This document shows, piece after piece, positions 51,138-63,730 of a stretch of 64,000 bases of DNA. Each line of letters begins with the position of its first letter. Within the stretch, counting starts at the first letter, position 1. The DNA comes from Oculina patagonica (taxonomy: Eukaryota), in assembly GCF_052425735.1 (NCBI RefSeq), contig NC_135767.1:6014001-6078000 (forward strand), read 5' to 3'. Both the position numbers and the translations under genes were made by a program. The notes beneath the pieces are model-generated. The model was not told the DNA's origin and ran no database searches. It saw only the letters and a program-made list of their open reading frames with translations.

Positions 51138-53015
51138 CTAAGCGAACATTTTCTGACAGTTTATTCTTTTCATTTTTTGAACTTGAAAATAGTGTCATGA
51201 CTACTCCGAAACTTCGTTCGCTTTTATCGTTTATATTTACTTTTTTCAATCAATACATGTTATAGCAAAAGTTAAAGCATAACTTACTAAAGCGCACGTT
51301 TTGGTTGGGTAATTTAGCGTTTAGTATTCGCCTATTTGGTAATGTGAATTCCTTCAACTTTAGGGCGCGCGCTGATGTGACGCGACATGGCGCAAGCGAT
51401 CAACGCGGTGCCTTCCGAAATATTGGAATTCAGTATACTTCCCATGCCGTTTAATCAGCCTTGCATATGAAACTTATGTTCTAGGAAAGTCCATAGGCGT
51501 TCTCATTTGTTTCTGTGACCGTGCAAAGCCTCGGATGGTGACGTCACCGCTCTTGATAGAGCCCAGTCTCCCTTAACCGAGTAAGCCTGGGAACTAAGCT
51601 GATTTTAAAGTACATTTTTACAGGAAACTTAAATTTCGATTTCAGATCACCTGCATTTGTAAGAGGAAGTGTTAAGAGAAAACAAATTCTTTTCTAGCCC
51701 ACCCAACCAGATTGCGAAACGACAAATGTTTATTTTGTCGAAAACAATATATTTACCTTTTAATTAGACCTGCTTACAAGTCAGGGAACGCTGAGCACGA
51801 GAAAGGAGTCCTTCTGAACGAGAAACGAACGACTTTGAGACAATCTACCTTTCTGCTTTTTGTTGAGACTTTTGCAGAGCTGAACCATTTTTCCACAATA
51901 TTCTGGATGATCGATGATTTTTTTATCATTTAAAAATATTCAGTCTTGTTTGTGTTGTCTGAGCTTCATACGCTAAATTTTTCACACTTTTCAAAGTAAA
52001 CGTAAAATTTATTGCCTCTCACTAAATAAATATTTTGCGCCACGCAGTCTGGCAGTGTCGGCTAATAAGAATTTTACTTTCTATAAAAGAAAGTACAGGT
52101 GATCTGAAATAGAAGTTAAAGTCTCAAGAATATGATGAAAATTGCCTTTCCTCAAAACATGTTTTCTCTTGTAGAAGTTAAAAACACTTTTGACTTGCTA
52201 CAGAGTATAATTTTATTTATCGACGATTCAGAGTGAATTGCTCAAGTACAAAACGTTATCTGCCATTTCGTTCCAAAGTTAACGGCACTGAAGTCTGATT
52301 AAACACAACCGATGCTTATTGTCAACAGTTAAAACTAATATATAATTAGAGAGCAATTTTGCGCGGCTCTAACTGTGTGTGTATAGCTTATCATCTTGCA
52401 ACGTGTAATACAAATGAACATAGGATCATCTTAATTGTTATGCAAGAAAAACCTTAGACAAGTTGATCATGAAAGGTTATTATGAAATGTTGATAATAAG
52501 CAGGATGTGCTACCATTAGCGATTAGAAAAATAGGTTTTATTTTAATTAAGGTAATAAGCTGTTCGTACAATTTTCATATCTATCGATAAACTCGAAAAG
52601 ACTCTACACTTAAATAACGGCGGAACCTAAAATGCGGTCATTGTTTTCAGAGACCTTTTCGCTAAAAAGATGTGTGATCGATGCTATTCTTTCGGTCTTT
52701 ATAAATTGTACTCTAGCAGCTTATAGAATAATAAGACATTTTTTCAGCTGAAAAGCGACAGAATATCCAAACAACTGACAGATCTGTCAGTTTTACACTC
52801 AAACATTCAATAAAATGGGCAAATTGCATGACATAAATTCTAATGCAGCAAACACCGGGCCATCAAGAAGTAAAAGGAATTCATATACAAAACAACACAC
52901 AACACAGACGAGTGCGAGTTATTAGCGACATACAAATTATCATCTCACAAGTTGATGCTTTTCCCTCAAACCTTAGTAACTTTCTCAACTTTAAGCACTC
53001 AAGCATCTCAGAACA

Positions 53016-53941
53016 ATGGCGAACTTTACTGGAGAAGGAAACTATACAAGCAAACTGAATCAAGCACTCATGATCAGCGCACCACCAGCAGGCATAGTTG
53101 AGTTTTTTTCAGCTTTGAACATTATTCTTTCCATCACCGCTGCTGTGGGCAATGTTCTCATTCTTTTTGCTCTTAAGAATGTTTCTTCTATTCATCCTCC
53201 AACAAAACTTTTCTTTCGATGTCTTGCGGTCACTGATCTTTGCGTTGGTTTTATTGCACAACCACTCTACGCTACCTACGTTATGTCTCTTATGATAAAG
53301 ATGAACGTGAATGTGCTATACTACGTCGACAAAGCTTGTGAAGCTTCAGGGTATATTTTATGTGGAGTATCTGGCTTAACATCGACAGCAATTAGTGTGG
53401 ACAGACTTCTCGCCCTGTTGCTGAGACTGAGATACAGACATGTCGTAACATTGAGGCGAGTTCGTGTTGTCACAACTTGTTTCTGGTTATTTGCTGCTTC
53501 AGTTGGATGGATTCGGGTGTGGAGAAGAGATATCGCCTTAAAGGCAGCCTCTGTTGGCATAATTCTTTGCCTGGCAACTTCGATTTTCTGTCACACGAGG
53601 AACCACCTCAAACTACGACATCAACAAGCCCTGGTACAAAACAATGTCCCCCAAGGACAACAAAACGGAGAAGGGATTCCACTTAACGTAGCAAGATACA
53701 AAAAGACAGTCTCCAGCATTATGTGGGTGCAGTTGGCATTACTTGCCTGCTATGTTCCGTGGGGGTCGTTGTCGCTGTGCTTAATGTGAATGGAATTGAA
53801 CATGAAATCGTGACTTTCTCAGTTGCTACAATGACGCTAGTTTTCTTAAACTCATCTCTAAACCCAATCTTGTACTGCTGGAAAATCAGGGAAGTGAAAC
53901 AAGCAGTTGAAGACGCAATCAGGCAGCTTTATTGTTTTTAG
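53016..53941 (+). pseudogene. Class A GPCR copy 13 (near-duplicate of copy 11), +2 frameshift in TM6
   Basis: CCGTGGGGGTCGTT versus CCGTGGGTCGTT in copy 11 (G-run 53761-53765); could be a homopolymer error. Confidence 0.8.
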
Positions 53942-55032
53942 AACACTAGCTATATAGATCAACGTAAAGTTGCAAAGTACAATCGACAGTCTCCAGATAG
54001 CGTAAATACGGCTAAATTCATTTCTTGTAATGAGCAAAATTGCTTTCAAATCAGGTTGGAAAATGTCGAAAAAGCGCTAGAAAACGGAAGATAAACTGTA
54101 AATATGTCGACAAAGATGAGCCATCCGTTAACTGTTATTTGACTCAAACATTGAATCAGCAACTTTGTTTTTTCTTTAATTTAGCTATCATGCTAGGCCA
54201 CCGATGAGAATGTATCAGCATGGATGTATTGTTCATGATGCGAGATTTCATAATGTATTATAACAGAAAATTCATTAATTTAAATTAAATAAAACATAAA
54301 CAAATGATGGCAATAAATTTATTCAACTCAAAACCTGTTTTTTGAGATAAAGTGTCGTTTAAAATATTTTCCAGACTAGCATTTTTTGACCAAACGAATA
54401 TTTTTTTCTTAGACCGTGTTGTGACAATAAGGGATTCTGGTTCTATTTCACTGTATAAGTTTTAAATTTGTTTTATTTCTCTTAATGTTTGCGGAAACAA
54501 ATATACTTACTGAGAAGCAAAAATTGAGAAAGATTTCTGACTATTATTTTTGTCCTTGGGTTTTACCGGTATCTTATATTTGTCGCGGAGTTCCGACTTG
54601 TGCCACCACTGCATTTAAAATTATCTTGCTAATGGACCGTTTCAAATGTTTTGAAACTGGATTCAATATTTTTGTGTGGTTGTTGTTGGATGAGCTGTTC
54701 ATGACATCGAACATTAGCAGATAATGAAATATGGAACACGCTTGGTCCAATTACGAACTGAAAAAAAATTGCGTCACCTTCTCAACCAATCAGATGCAAA
54801 ACCAAAACCAATCACGACTTGGTCACGTGCGTTTTCCTGCGCTTGGCGCCGATTGCGTGTGTTGGCTTCGTGTTCTCATTGGTTCATTGTGTTGTTTAAT
54901 TTGTTGTGATTGGACACTCATATAGTTTTGTTATTACGCTTCTTTCGTGTTTAGCAACCTCCCCATGCCATTCGCGTGTCAATTACGTGTATTTCTTGCT
55001 GTTTCGCTACATTGGTTAAACTGCTGACGATT

Positions 55033-55416
55033 TCCGGGGGGGGGGGGGTACTCCATATAATGGCCTATACGGGGAGGCTCCGCCCGAAAGGGGTACCTTT
55101 TTTAGGCTTCAGGTATATAAAAGGGTAGGGATTTCACAAGTTTAAGTATATGAAAGGGTATTAAATCCATCATTAAGGTTTTTAAAAGGGCCTTGAATTA
55201 AAATATAAAGCGCAACATGAAAATGACAAGAAAACGTCCTGTTCTAAGTCTATGCCATATCTTTTAGGTATATGAAAGGGGTACCTTTTTTCAGTAAAAG
55301 GTATACGAAAGGGGTACAATTTCTGTGAAAATGGTAAATAAAAGGGTAAGGGGTAAGAGCTTGGGGCGGAGCCTCCCCGTATAAAACTTTTTTGAGTGCC
55401 CCCCCCCCCCTCCGGG
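55033..55416. mobile_element. MITE with (C)CCGGGGG...CCGGG ends and 8-bp TSD TGACGATT
   Basis: TSD at 55025-55032 and 55417-55424; empty site at ~37419. Confidence 0.85.
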
Positions 55417-55806
55417 TGACGATTTCAATGAAATGAGGTTATCAAAGACTTCCACACCTCGAAATTTGCTCACAATGCTAAAATTTCTCGCCTGATTAAT
55501 CCCTGAATTGTACTCTACAAGCCAGTTACTTTTGTTATTTACAAATAATTTATCTATAATTTATAATTTTATATATTGATTTACCTCAGTCAAAGGCATT
55601 GCCTGAAAGTCAATGAAAAGTTTTATTTATTTGCTATCTATTATTTGTACATGTTCGGGTCTTATGATTATTATCCAGAATCTCTCAGCGATAGCGCCGG
55701 AGAAGTCGGTTGAATTATCTTGTCAAACGATTGGACTTCTTTGAAGGAGGGATCTGCAAAAGAGAATACATGACGTCAAGAATATACAAGAGTTTTATTA
55801 ATCAAT

Positions 55807-56476
55807 AGAGTGAATTCGTGTAACCCGTTTTTTATATGCAAATGCGCCGTGTAATATTTAAATGAGCTGTACAGGAAAACAGAAAATTGCGGACAAATCG
55901 TAATTATTTGCATGTGGAAGTCAGGTTAAAATTCAAGCATTTACCCATATGTAAAAACCAAAACAGATAACGGAGCTTAAAATTTCTCATGCCTTGAATT
56001 GTCTTGCGATTTTAGACAAACATTTTATATTCAACATCCCGTAAAGAAAAACAAATTAAACTTGACTGTAACACAATTCTGCGCGAGCAATCCAATGGGG
56101 AGCTTTAGCAAATCACGATGACAAGCAACTTTTGTTTAGCAAACAAAAGGTTTAATGAGCAGGAAAATAGCTGTACACGTGTCTTATTACTCTTGGCAAC
56201 TTCCCATCTTCTGAAAAACAACACTGATGTGAAATGAATAAATCCTGCGTGATTTGAACCAGACCGCTAATTTTCGATGTAGGTTGAACATGTTCTTGAA
56301 GTGCTTAAAGAAAGACACGTCCTGTTTATACTTATTTTCTGTATAACTATTAAAGTGATTTCTTTGAGGTTTTCTGACCACTCGTGTATTGTTTTATTGT
56401 ATTATGATTGTACACAAACATTAGAATATTATACGACTCATTAACATATAAAAAACGGGTTACACGAATTCACTCT
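55807..56476. mobile_element. MITE with 3-bp AAT TSD (PIF/Harbinger-group-like)
   Basis: TIR AGAGTGAATTCGTGTAACCCGTTTTTTATATG; empty site ATCAATACATG at ~17453. Confidence 0.85.
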
Positions 56477-58219
56477 AATACATGTTATAGCACATGTTAT
56501 AGCATAACTTAGAAAAGCACACGTTTTGGTTGGATTATTTTTCGCCCATGGGTAGACGCTGGCGAATGCCTTCAACTTAAGCGCGCGCGCTGATGTGTCT
56601 TCCGAAATATTGGAATTCAGTATATTTCCCATACCGTTTAATCAGCTTGCGTTTTATCAAGTTTTAAAAATTATAGCCCTTAACCACGACCGTAAAATAC
56701 TTTTGTCTTGTACAGGGCGAAACTTTTCTTGGTACATATTTGTAAGGCATTTTAAAGCAGCTAAGTCTCTATGCGTTCTCGCTTGTTTTGATGGCCGCGA
56801 AAAGCCTGGGATGGTGACGTCGGCACTCTTGATAGACCCAGACTCCCTTAAGCCGAGAAAGCCTTGCAAAGAGGCTGATTTTAAGGTACATTTTTACGGG
56901 AAACTAAAATTTCGATTTGAGATCACCTGCACTTGCAAGAGGAAGTGTTTTGAGAAAATTAATTCTTGTCTAGCCCACGCAACCAGACTGCAAAACGACA
57001 AATGCTTATTTTACCTTTAAATTAGACCTGCTTTATAGTACAAGTCGAGCTCAGGGAACACTGAGCACAAGAAAGGGGGCCTTCTGAACTAGAAGGGAAC
57101 GACTTTGAGAAAATCTACCTTACTGCTTTATGTTGGGACTTTTGCAGAGCTGAGCCATTTTTGCCACAATGTTCTTGTAATAAACATCGATGATTATTTT
57201 GTCATTTAAAAATATTTAGTCTTTTTGTGTTGTCTGAGCTTCACATACTAAATTTTCCACACTTCTCCAAGTAAACGTAAACTTTAGTGCCTCTCGCTAA
57301 ATAAATATTTTGCGCCACGCAGTCTGGCAGCGTCGGCTAGTCAAGAATTTATTTTCTATTTAAAAAATCAGCTTACAAGTGCAGGTGATCTGAAATAGTA
57401 GTTTAAAATACGTCCAATATTGCCTTTCCTAAAAAATTTTTAAAACACTAGCTTTATTTTATTCATCGCAGATCAGAGTGAATTGCTCAAGTACAAGACG
57501 TTGTCTGCCACTTTGTTCAAACCAGGTTAATGGCCATGACGGTAAAACTTTGAAGTCTGATTAAACACAAGCGATGCTAATTGCCACAAGTCAAACAACT
57601 AATAGATAATTAGGAAACAATTTTGGCCGGCTCTAACTGTGTGTATTTAGTATCTTGCAACGTGTAATACATATAAACTGACATAGAATCATCTTATATG
57701 TCATGCACGAAAACCTTTGACAAGTTGATCAAGGTTGATAATAAGCACGATGTGCTACGTTAGCGATTAGGAAAATAGGTTTTATTCTAATTAAGATAAT
57801 TAGCTGTTCGTACAATTGTTTTCATAGACCTTTTCGCTAAAAGGATGTGTGATCGATGCTCTTCTTTCGGTGTTTATATGGTACTCTAGCAGCTTAAAGA
57901 ATAATAAAACATTTTTTTCAGCTGAAAAGCGACAGAATATTTAATCAACTGACAGATCTGTCAGTTTTAAACTCAAACGTTCAATAAAATGGGCAAATTG
58001 CATGATATAATTTCTAATGCAACAAACACCGGGCCATCAAGGATAAATAGGAAGTTATCTACAGAAATAAACAACACTTGCAAGGCACAAACGGTCGTGT
58101 TATCAGCGACATATAAAATCATCGTCTCACAAGGTTTTTCTCCTTTCTCAAACATTAGTAACTTTTTCAACTTCGAGCACTCTTTGAGCCAAGTTTAATT
58201 TTATGTCCACCCAAGAACA

Positions 58220-59131
58220 ATGGCGAACTCAACTGGAGAAGAACTGAACTACACAAGCAAACTGAACCAAGCACTCAGCGCACCACCAGCAGGCATAGTT
58301 GAATTTTTTTCAGCTTTGAACATTTTTCTTTCCATCACCGCTGCTGTGGGCAATGCTCTAATTCTTTATGCTCTGAAGAATGTCTATTCTATTCATCCCC
58401 CGACAAAACTATTCTTTCGATGTCTGGCGGTCACTGATCTTTGCGTTGGTCTTATTACACAACCACTTTATGTTTTCTACATTATGTCTCTTAAGATCAA
58501 GATGAACAATGTGCTGTATTATGCTAACCAAATCTCTGGAGCTTCAAGTTATATTTTATGTGGAGTATCTGGCTTGACATCGACAGCAATTAGTGTGGAC
58601 AGACTTCTCGCACTGTTGTTGGGACTGAGATACAGACATGTCGTAACATTGAGGCGAGTTCGTGTAGTCATAACTTGTTTTTGGCTAATTGCTGCTTCAT
58701 GTGGTTTGCTCTGGGTGTGGAGAAGAGATATGACCATTACGGCAGCCTCTGTTGGCTTACTACTTTGTCTGGCAACTTCGTTGTTCTGTTACACGAGGAT
58801 CCACCTCAAACTACGACATCAACAAGCCCAAGTACAAAACAATGTCCCTCACGGACAACAGAACGAAGAAGGGATTCCACTAAACATAGCAAGATACAAA
58901 AAGACACTTTCCAGCATTATGTGGGTGCAGTTGGCTTTTGTTGCCTGCTATGTTCCGTGGGGCATTGTGGCTGTGCTGGATGCGAATGGAATTGAACATG
59001 ACGTGGCTTGGTTAGCTGCACAAATTCTGGTCTTGTTAAACTCGTCTCTAAACCCGATCTTGTACTGTTGGAAAATCAGGGAAGTGAAACAAGCAGTTAA
59101 AGGCACAATCAGGCAGCTTTACTGTTTTTAA
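58220..59131 (+). CDS. Class A GPCR, copy 14
   Basis: Intact 303-aa ORF. Confidence 0.95.
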   Translation: MANSTGEELNYTSKLNQALSAPPAGIVEFFSALNIFLSITAAVGNALILYALKNVYSIHPPTKLFFRCLAVTDLCVGLITQPLYVFYIMSLKIKMNNVLYYANQISGASSYILCGVSGLTSTAISVDRLLALLLGLRYRHVVTLRRVRVVITCFWLIAASCGLLWVWRRDMTITAASVGLLLCLATSLFCYTRIHLKLRHQQAQVQNNVPHGQQNEEGIPLNIARYKKTLSSIMWVQLAFVACYVPWGIVAVLDANGIEHDVAWLAAQILVLLNSSLNPILYCWKIREVKQAVKGTIRQLYCF

Positions 59132-59417
59132 AAGACTAGCTGTGTAGATCGACATAAGGTTGTAAAGTATTACATTGACAGTGTCCAAATAGCGTGAAAA
59201 AGTAGCTTAATTCAATTATTAGAAAGTGCGAAAATTGCCTTCCAATCGAACTGAAAAGTATTGAGACAGCGCCAGAATACGAACAATAAAATGTAGAACT
59301 GTAGACAAGGAACGCTTGCCATAACGCATCCATTTGGCGAAAATAGTGACGTAGCGGCTTTGTTTTAATTTTAATTTAGCTATCATGATTGGCCACAAAT
59401 GAGTTGAAGCTTTAATA

Positions 59418-59532
59418 ATACACACTTGTATAATAGGAGTTTTGGCGCAAATGATAAAAAAAGCTCGGCTCGCCGGCTCGCCTCGCTATTTTTATCATTT
59501 GCGGCCAAAACTCCTATTATACAAGTGTGTAT
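59418..59532. repeat. 115-nt terminal imperfect hairpin
   Basis: 29-bp perfect stem, 1-nt bulge, 14-bp stem, one mismatch, 3-bp stem, and a 20-nt loop containing (GGCTCGCC)2. Confidence 0.9.
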
Positions 59533-59626
59533 AAGCGCGAGCGGCACGCAAAAAATCGCGAGCTGCATTGGTGCGCCAGAATTTTTTTTCAATTGAACAA
59601 ATATTTTTCTTTGGTATATACAACAG

Positions 59627-62600
59627 ATGGCTGCCGAAAGATATTCGTCAGAAGTTTTGCAAGCTATGATGGAGGAAAACCTCCGTGAATTTCAAAGAAA
59701 CCCACAAAAGAACAATATGTTTATTATTGCAAGAACCAATTTTGATAATTGGCTCCGTGTATGGAAAATGAAAATGCCTGAATCTGACAGAAATAACAAA
59801 GATCTTTACACTTTTGCAAGAAAAAACAAAAAAAACTTTTATGATCTTTTATTAAGTGAAATTAATGAATTACAAAGCTTAAAATCGAGCTTTGGGTTGG
59901 AAGTTAAATTTTATAAACAAAAAACCGGTATAAAAGAATATATGTGGCATTATTTTAAAGAAAAACAACCGCACGTTTTTAACGAACATAATAAAAAACA
60001 GATAAAACAAGAGTTCGATAAATTTATTGAAAGAGCAAAGGGAGAAATCGAGTCTTGGTCAGAGAGAGGCTCAGGCTGGGTTATTGAAAGAATAACAGAA
60101 GCGTACGTTAATGTTGCACGCTATCAGCCATTGCGGGGAGGAACATATTTACCTCTTCCAGCTAATTTGGCAAAAAAGATAGCGATTGTTAACGTAAGAA
60201 ACAGGGATAACGAATGTTTAAAGTGGGCTCTGAGAGCTGCTTTATATCCACCTGCAAACGGCAAAGACCCCCAAAGAACAAGTAAATATCCAGTTAACGA
60301 CGAAATTAACTATGAAGGAATTGTTTTCCCAACACCTGTAAAACAGATTGACAAGCTTGAGGCGCAAAACAGCAAACTTGCAATAAATGTGTTTGGATGG
60401 GAAAACAATCTTGTGATTGTGCACAGAATAAGCAAAAAAGAAAAAAACATTCCTCGTATAAACCTTATGTTAATTGAGTCAGGATTAATTCAGCATTATT
60501 GTTTTGTAAAAAGAGTAAGCGCTCTGCTTTACGATCAGAGCAAATCACACAACTCAAAACACTTTTGCATGATGTGCTTGACCGGTTTCACAAGACCTGA
60601 CTTGCTTGAGAACCACGAAAAACATTGCAATGGTGTGAACGGCAGGCCAACAAGGATCGAAATGCCAAAGAATGGAGAAAACACCCTTTCTTTTCAAAAT
60701 TATCAGAAACAAATGAAAGTGCCATATGTGATATATGCTGACTTTGAGGCATTGGTAAGAAAGATGCAACGATGTGAACGCGAAACGCTCAAGGACCGCC
60801 AGAAGAGAAAAGATCTTGGTGAAGAACAGGAAGACTTGGAGCAAAAAAGCTACACTGAAAAGACAGAACAGCACGAGGCATGTGGTTTTTCTTACACTGT
60901 AGTAAGGAGCGATGGCATAAACAAACCTCCAGTGACCTACAGAGGTAAAAACGCAGTTGAAGTGTTTTTGAAATGCCTTTTAAGTGAAGAGAAAAAAATA
61001 AGATTTGCTTTGGCAACACCAAAGCCACTTGTGATGACGGCAAAGGATTGGGAAGAATACAGAAACGCAACAAGTTGCCACATTTGCAACGAAAGTTTGA
61101 TAAGTGATTCATTTTTTGACTCAATGCCTGTTTGGTGCCACGACTCAGGCCGTTATTGCGGCCAAAGCCACAAATGTTGTTATTACGCGGCACTTAAAGA
61201 AATAGAATTTGTAGGCCCAAAAAGAGAAAGAAAAGCAAAAAACAAAACAGATCAATGGATTGCAAAAACCCAGGAAGAATGTTTGTTTTGCTCGGAACCT
61301 TTTATGAAGAAAAATTATAAGGACTCTGTAAAAGATCATTGCCACATAACAGGCAAGTTTCGAGGAGCTGCGCACAACGCATGTAACTTGAAATTAAGAA
61401 TAAAACCAAAAACAGACCAAATACCAGTTGTTTTTCACAACTTAAAAGGCTACGATGCACACCATTTAATGCAGGCTATGACTAAGCTAAAGCTTCCAAC
61501 AAAGGAAGAGAAAAAATGCGGTGCGAACAACATGGATGTAAAATGCGTTGCCAACAACATGGAGAAATACATTACATTTTCATTTGGCGGTTTGCGCTTT
61601 ATTGACAGCTTAAACTTTCTTCAAGGAAGCCTTGATTCACTCGTAAGTGCAACCCCCAAACAAGCTTTAAAAATAACAAAAAAACTTTTCTTTGAAAAAA
61701 GCGAACTGTTGTTGGACGATGGAACATATCCATGCAAATACATTGAAGTGTGGGAAATGTTTAAGGAAAATGATTTGTGCCAAAGTTTTTTTGAAAAACT
61801 GTTACAACCAGAAGAAAAAGAAAATATTATAAGCCGACTTTGGATAATTACTCAATCCGAAAAATTAAAAACCATTTTTCTTGAACAATACGAAAAAGCA
61901 AAAACCATTTTTCTTGAAAACTTTGAACTGTTAACAAAAAAAGGAATTTATCCATACGAATACATAGACTCATGGGATAGATTTATAGAAACAATTTTAC
62001 CAAAAAAAGAAAATTTTTACAGCAAGCTTAATGATGAGCACATAACAGATAAAGAGTATAAGCATGCACAAAACGTGTGGAAAACCTTTGGCTGCCAGAC
62101 GTTGGGTGACTACCACGATTTGTACGTACAAACTGACGTTACTCTTTTGGCAGATGTTTTTGAAAACTTCCGAAAAATATGTCTTGAGAAGTACGGGTTG
62201 GATCCTGCAAATTATTACACATCTCCAGGCCTTTCTTGGGACGCACTATTGAAAAAGACAGGAGTACAGCTTGAGCTACTGACAGACTACGACATGCATC
62301 TTTTTGTGGAAAGAGGAATAAGAGGAGGAATTTCAATGGTAAGCAAGAGATACGCAAAGGCTAACAATCCTTATGTTGAGGGGTATGACGAAAAAAACCC
62401 AAAAAAATACTTAATGTACCTTGACGCTAACAACCTTTACGGGTGGGCAATGAGCAAGCCGCTGCCAAAAAGTGGTTTTAGGTGGAAAAGAGTTATGCCG
62501 ACAGAAAAAGAAATTATGATGAAAAAGGAGTCTGCAAAAGCTGGGTGGATATTGGAGGTTGATCTTGAATATCCCTCTGAACTGCACGATGCCCACAACA

Positions 62601-63721
62601 GCTACCCGTTGGCACCAGAAAAAAAGAAAACAAATAAAGACTTATTTTCGCCTTACCAAAAGAAATTAATAGAAGAGCTTAAATTTAATCAGCCTGACTG
62701 TGAGAAGCTTGTGTTGACACTTGAGGACAAAACTAATTATGTTGTACATTATCAAAACTTGCAGTTTTATCTGAAACAAGGAATGAAACTGAAAAAAGTT
62801 CACAGAGTATTAGAGTTTGAACAAGAGAAGTGGATGGAACCCTACATTCGGATGAACACAGACTTTCGTAAAGAAGCCGAAAGCGACTTTGAAAAGAGTT
62901 TTTACAAGTTGATGAACAACTCAGTTTTCGGTAAAACAATGGAAAACCTGCGTAATCGTGTTGACATAAAAATAGTGCGAAGCAATGAAACAAACAAAAT
63001 AAGAAAATTGATTGCAAGCCCATTGTACTCAAGGCATGTAATGTTTTCTAACGATCTAGTTGGAATAGACATGCGCAAAAGCAAGCTTATTCTCAACAAG
63101 CCAGTCTACACGGGAATGACAATTCTTGACAACAGCAAGATATGTATGTACGATTTTTATTACAACCACCTGAAAAAGGTATACGATTCAAAGTGCGAGC
63201 TACTGTACACGGACACAGACAGCTTGTTGATCGAAATAGAAACAGAAGACGTTTACGCGGACATGGCAGAACACATTGACAAGTACGACACAAGCGAATA
63301 TCCCCCCGAACATCCACTTTTTTCTGTCAAAAACAAGAAGGTGTTGGGCAAAATGAAGGATGAGTGCGCGGGTGAAGAAAAGTGCAAGATTACAGGGAAA
63401 AAAATTCCTGTGCTTCACATTATTTCTGAAAGTGTTTGCCTTAGATCAAAAATGTATTCTATCGCGTGCGCAAAAATGAATATAAAAAAAGCAAAGGGGG
63501 TAAAAAAGTGCGTAGTAAAAAATGAAATTGTGCACGAAAATTATTTAGAAACGCTTTTTGGAACAAAGCAATTATGGCATGGAATGAACATACTTAGAAG
63601 CGAGGGTCATGAGATTTACTGAATGCATCTCAACAAGGTCTCGCTGTCGCCTTTTGACTCAAAGCGATGGATAGCGGATGATGGGATACATACAAATGCT
63701 TACGGATATAAGCCGACATAA
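59627..63721 (+). CDS. polB: Protein-primed family B DNA polymerase (group-2 Polinton type: TP-like/vOTU/exonuclease with EndoVII insert/polymerase); one in-frame TGA at 63620-63622
   Basis: ERGSGW; NRDNECL..HY (vOTU-like); YADFE, FHNLKGYD, DVTLLADVF (Exo I-III); DHCHITGKFRGAAHNACNL (EndoVII); YLDANNLYG, KLMNNSVFGK, YTDTDS; after the TGA the frame continues MHLNKVSLSPFDSKRWIADDGIHTNAYGY to TAA at 63721. Confidence 0.92.
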
Positions 63722-63730
63722 ACAGAACTT

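Noticed and set aside
60554-63418. Short ORFs antisense or overlapping to PolB
   Set aside because: No recognisable motifs; expected by-products of a long A-rich ORF
63620-63622. Programmed readthrough or selenocysteine at the PolB TGA
   Set aside because: No favourable readthrough context or SECIS recognisable; a point mutation or error is simpler
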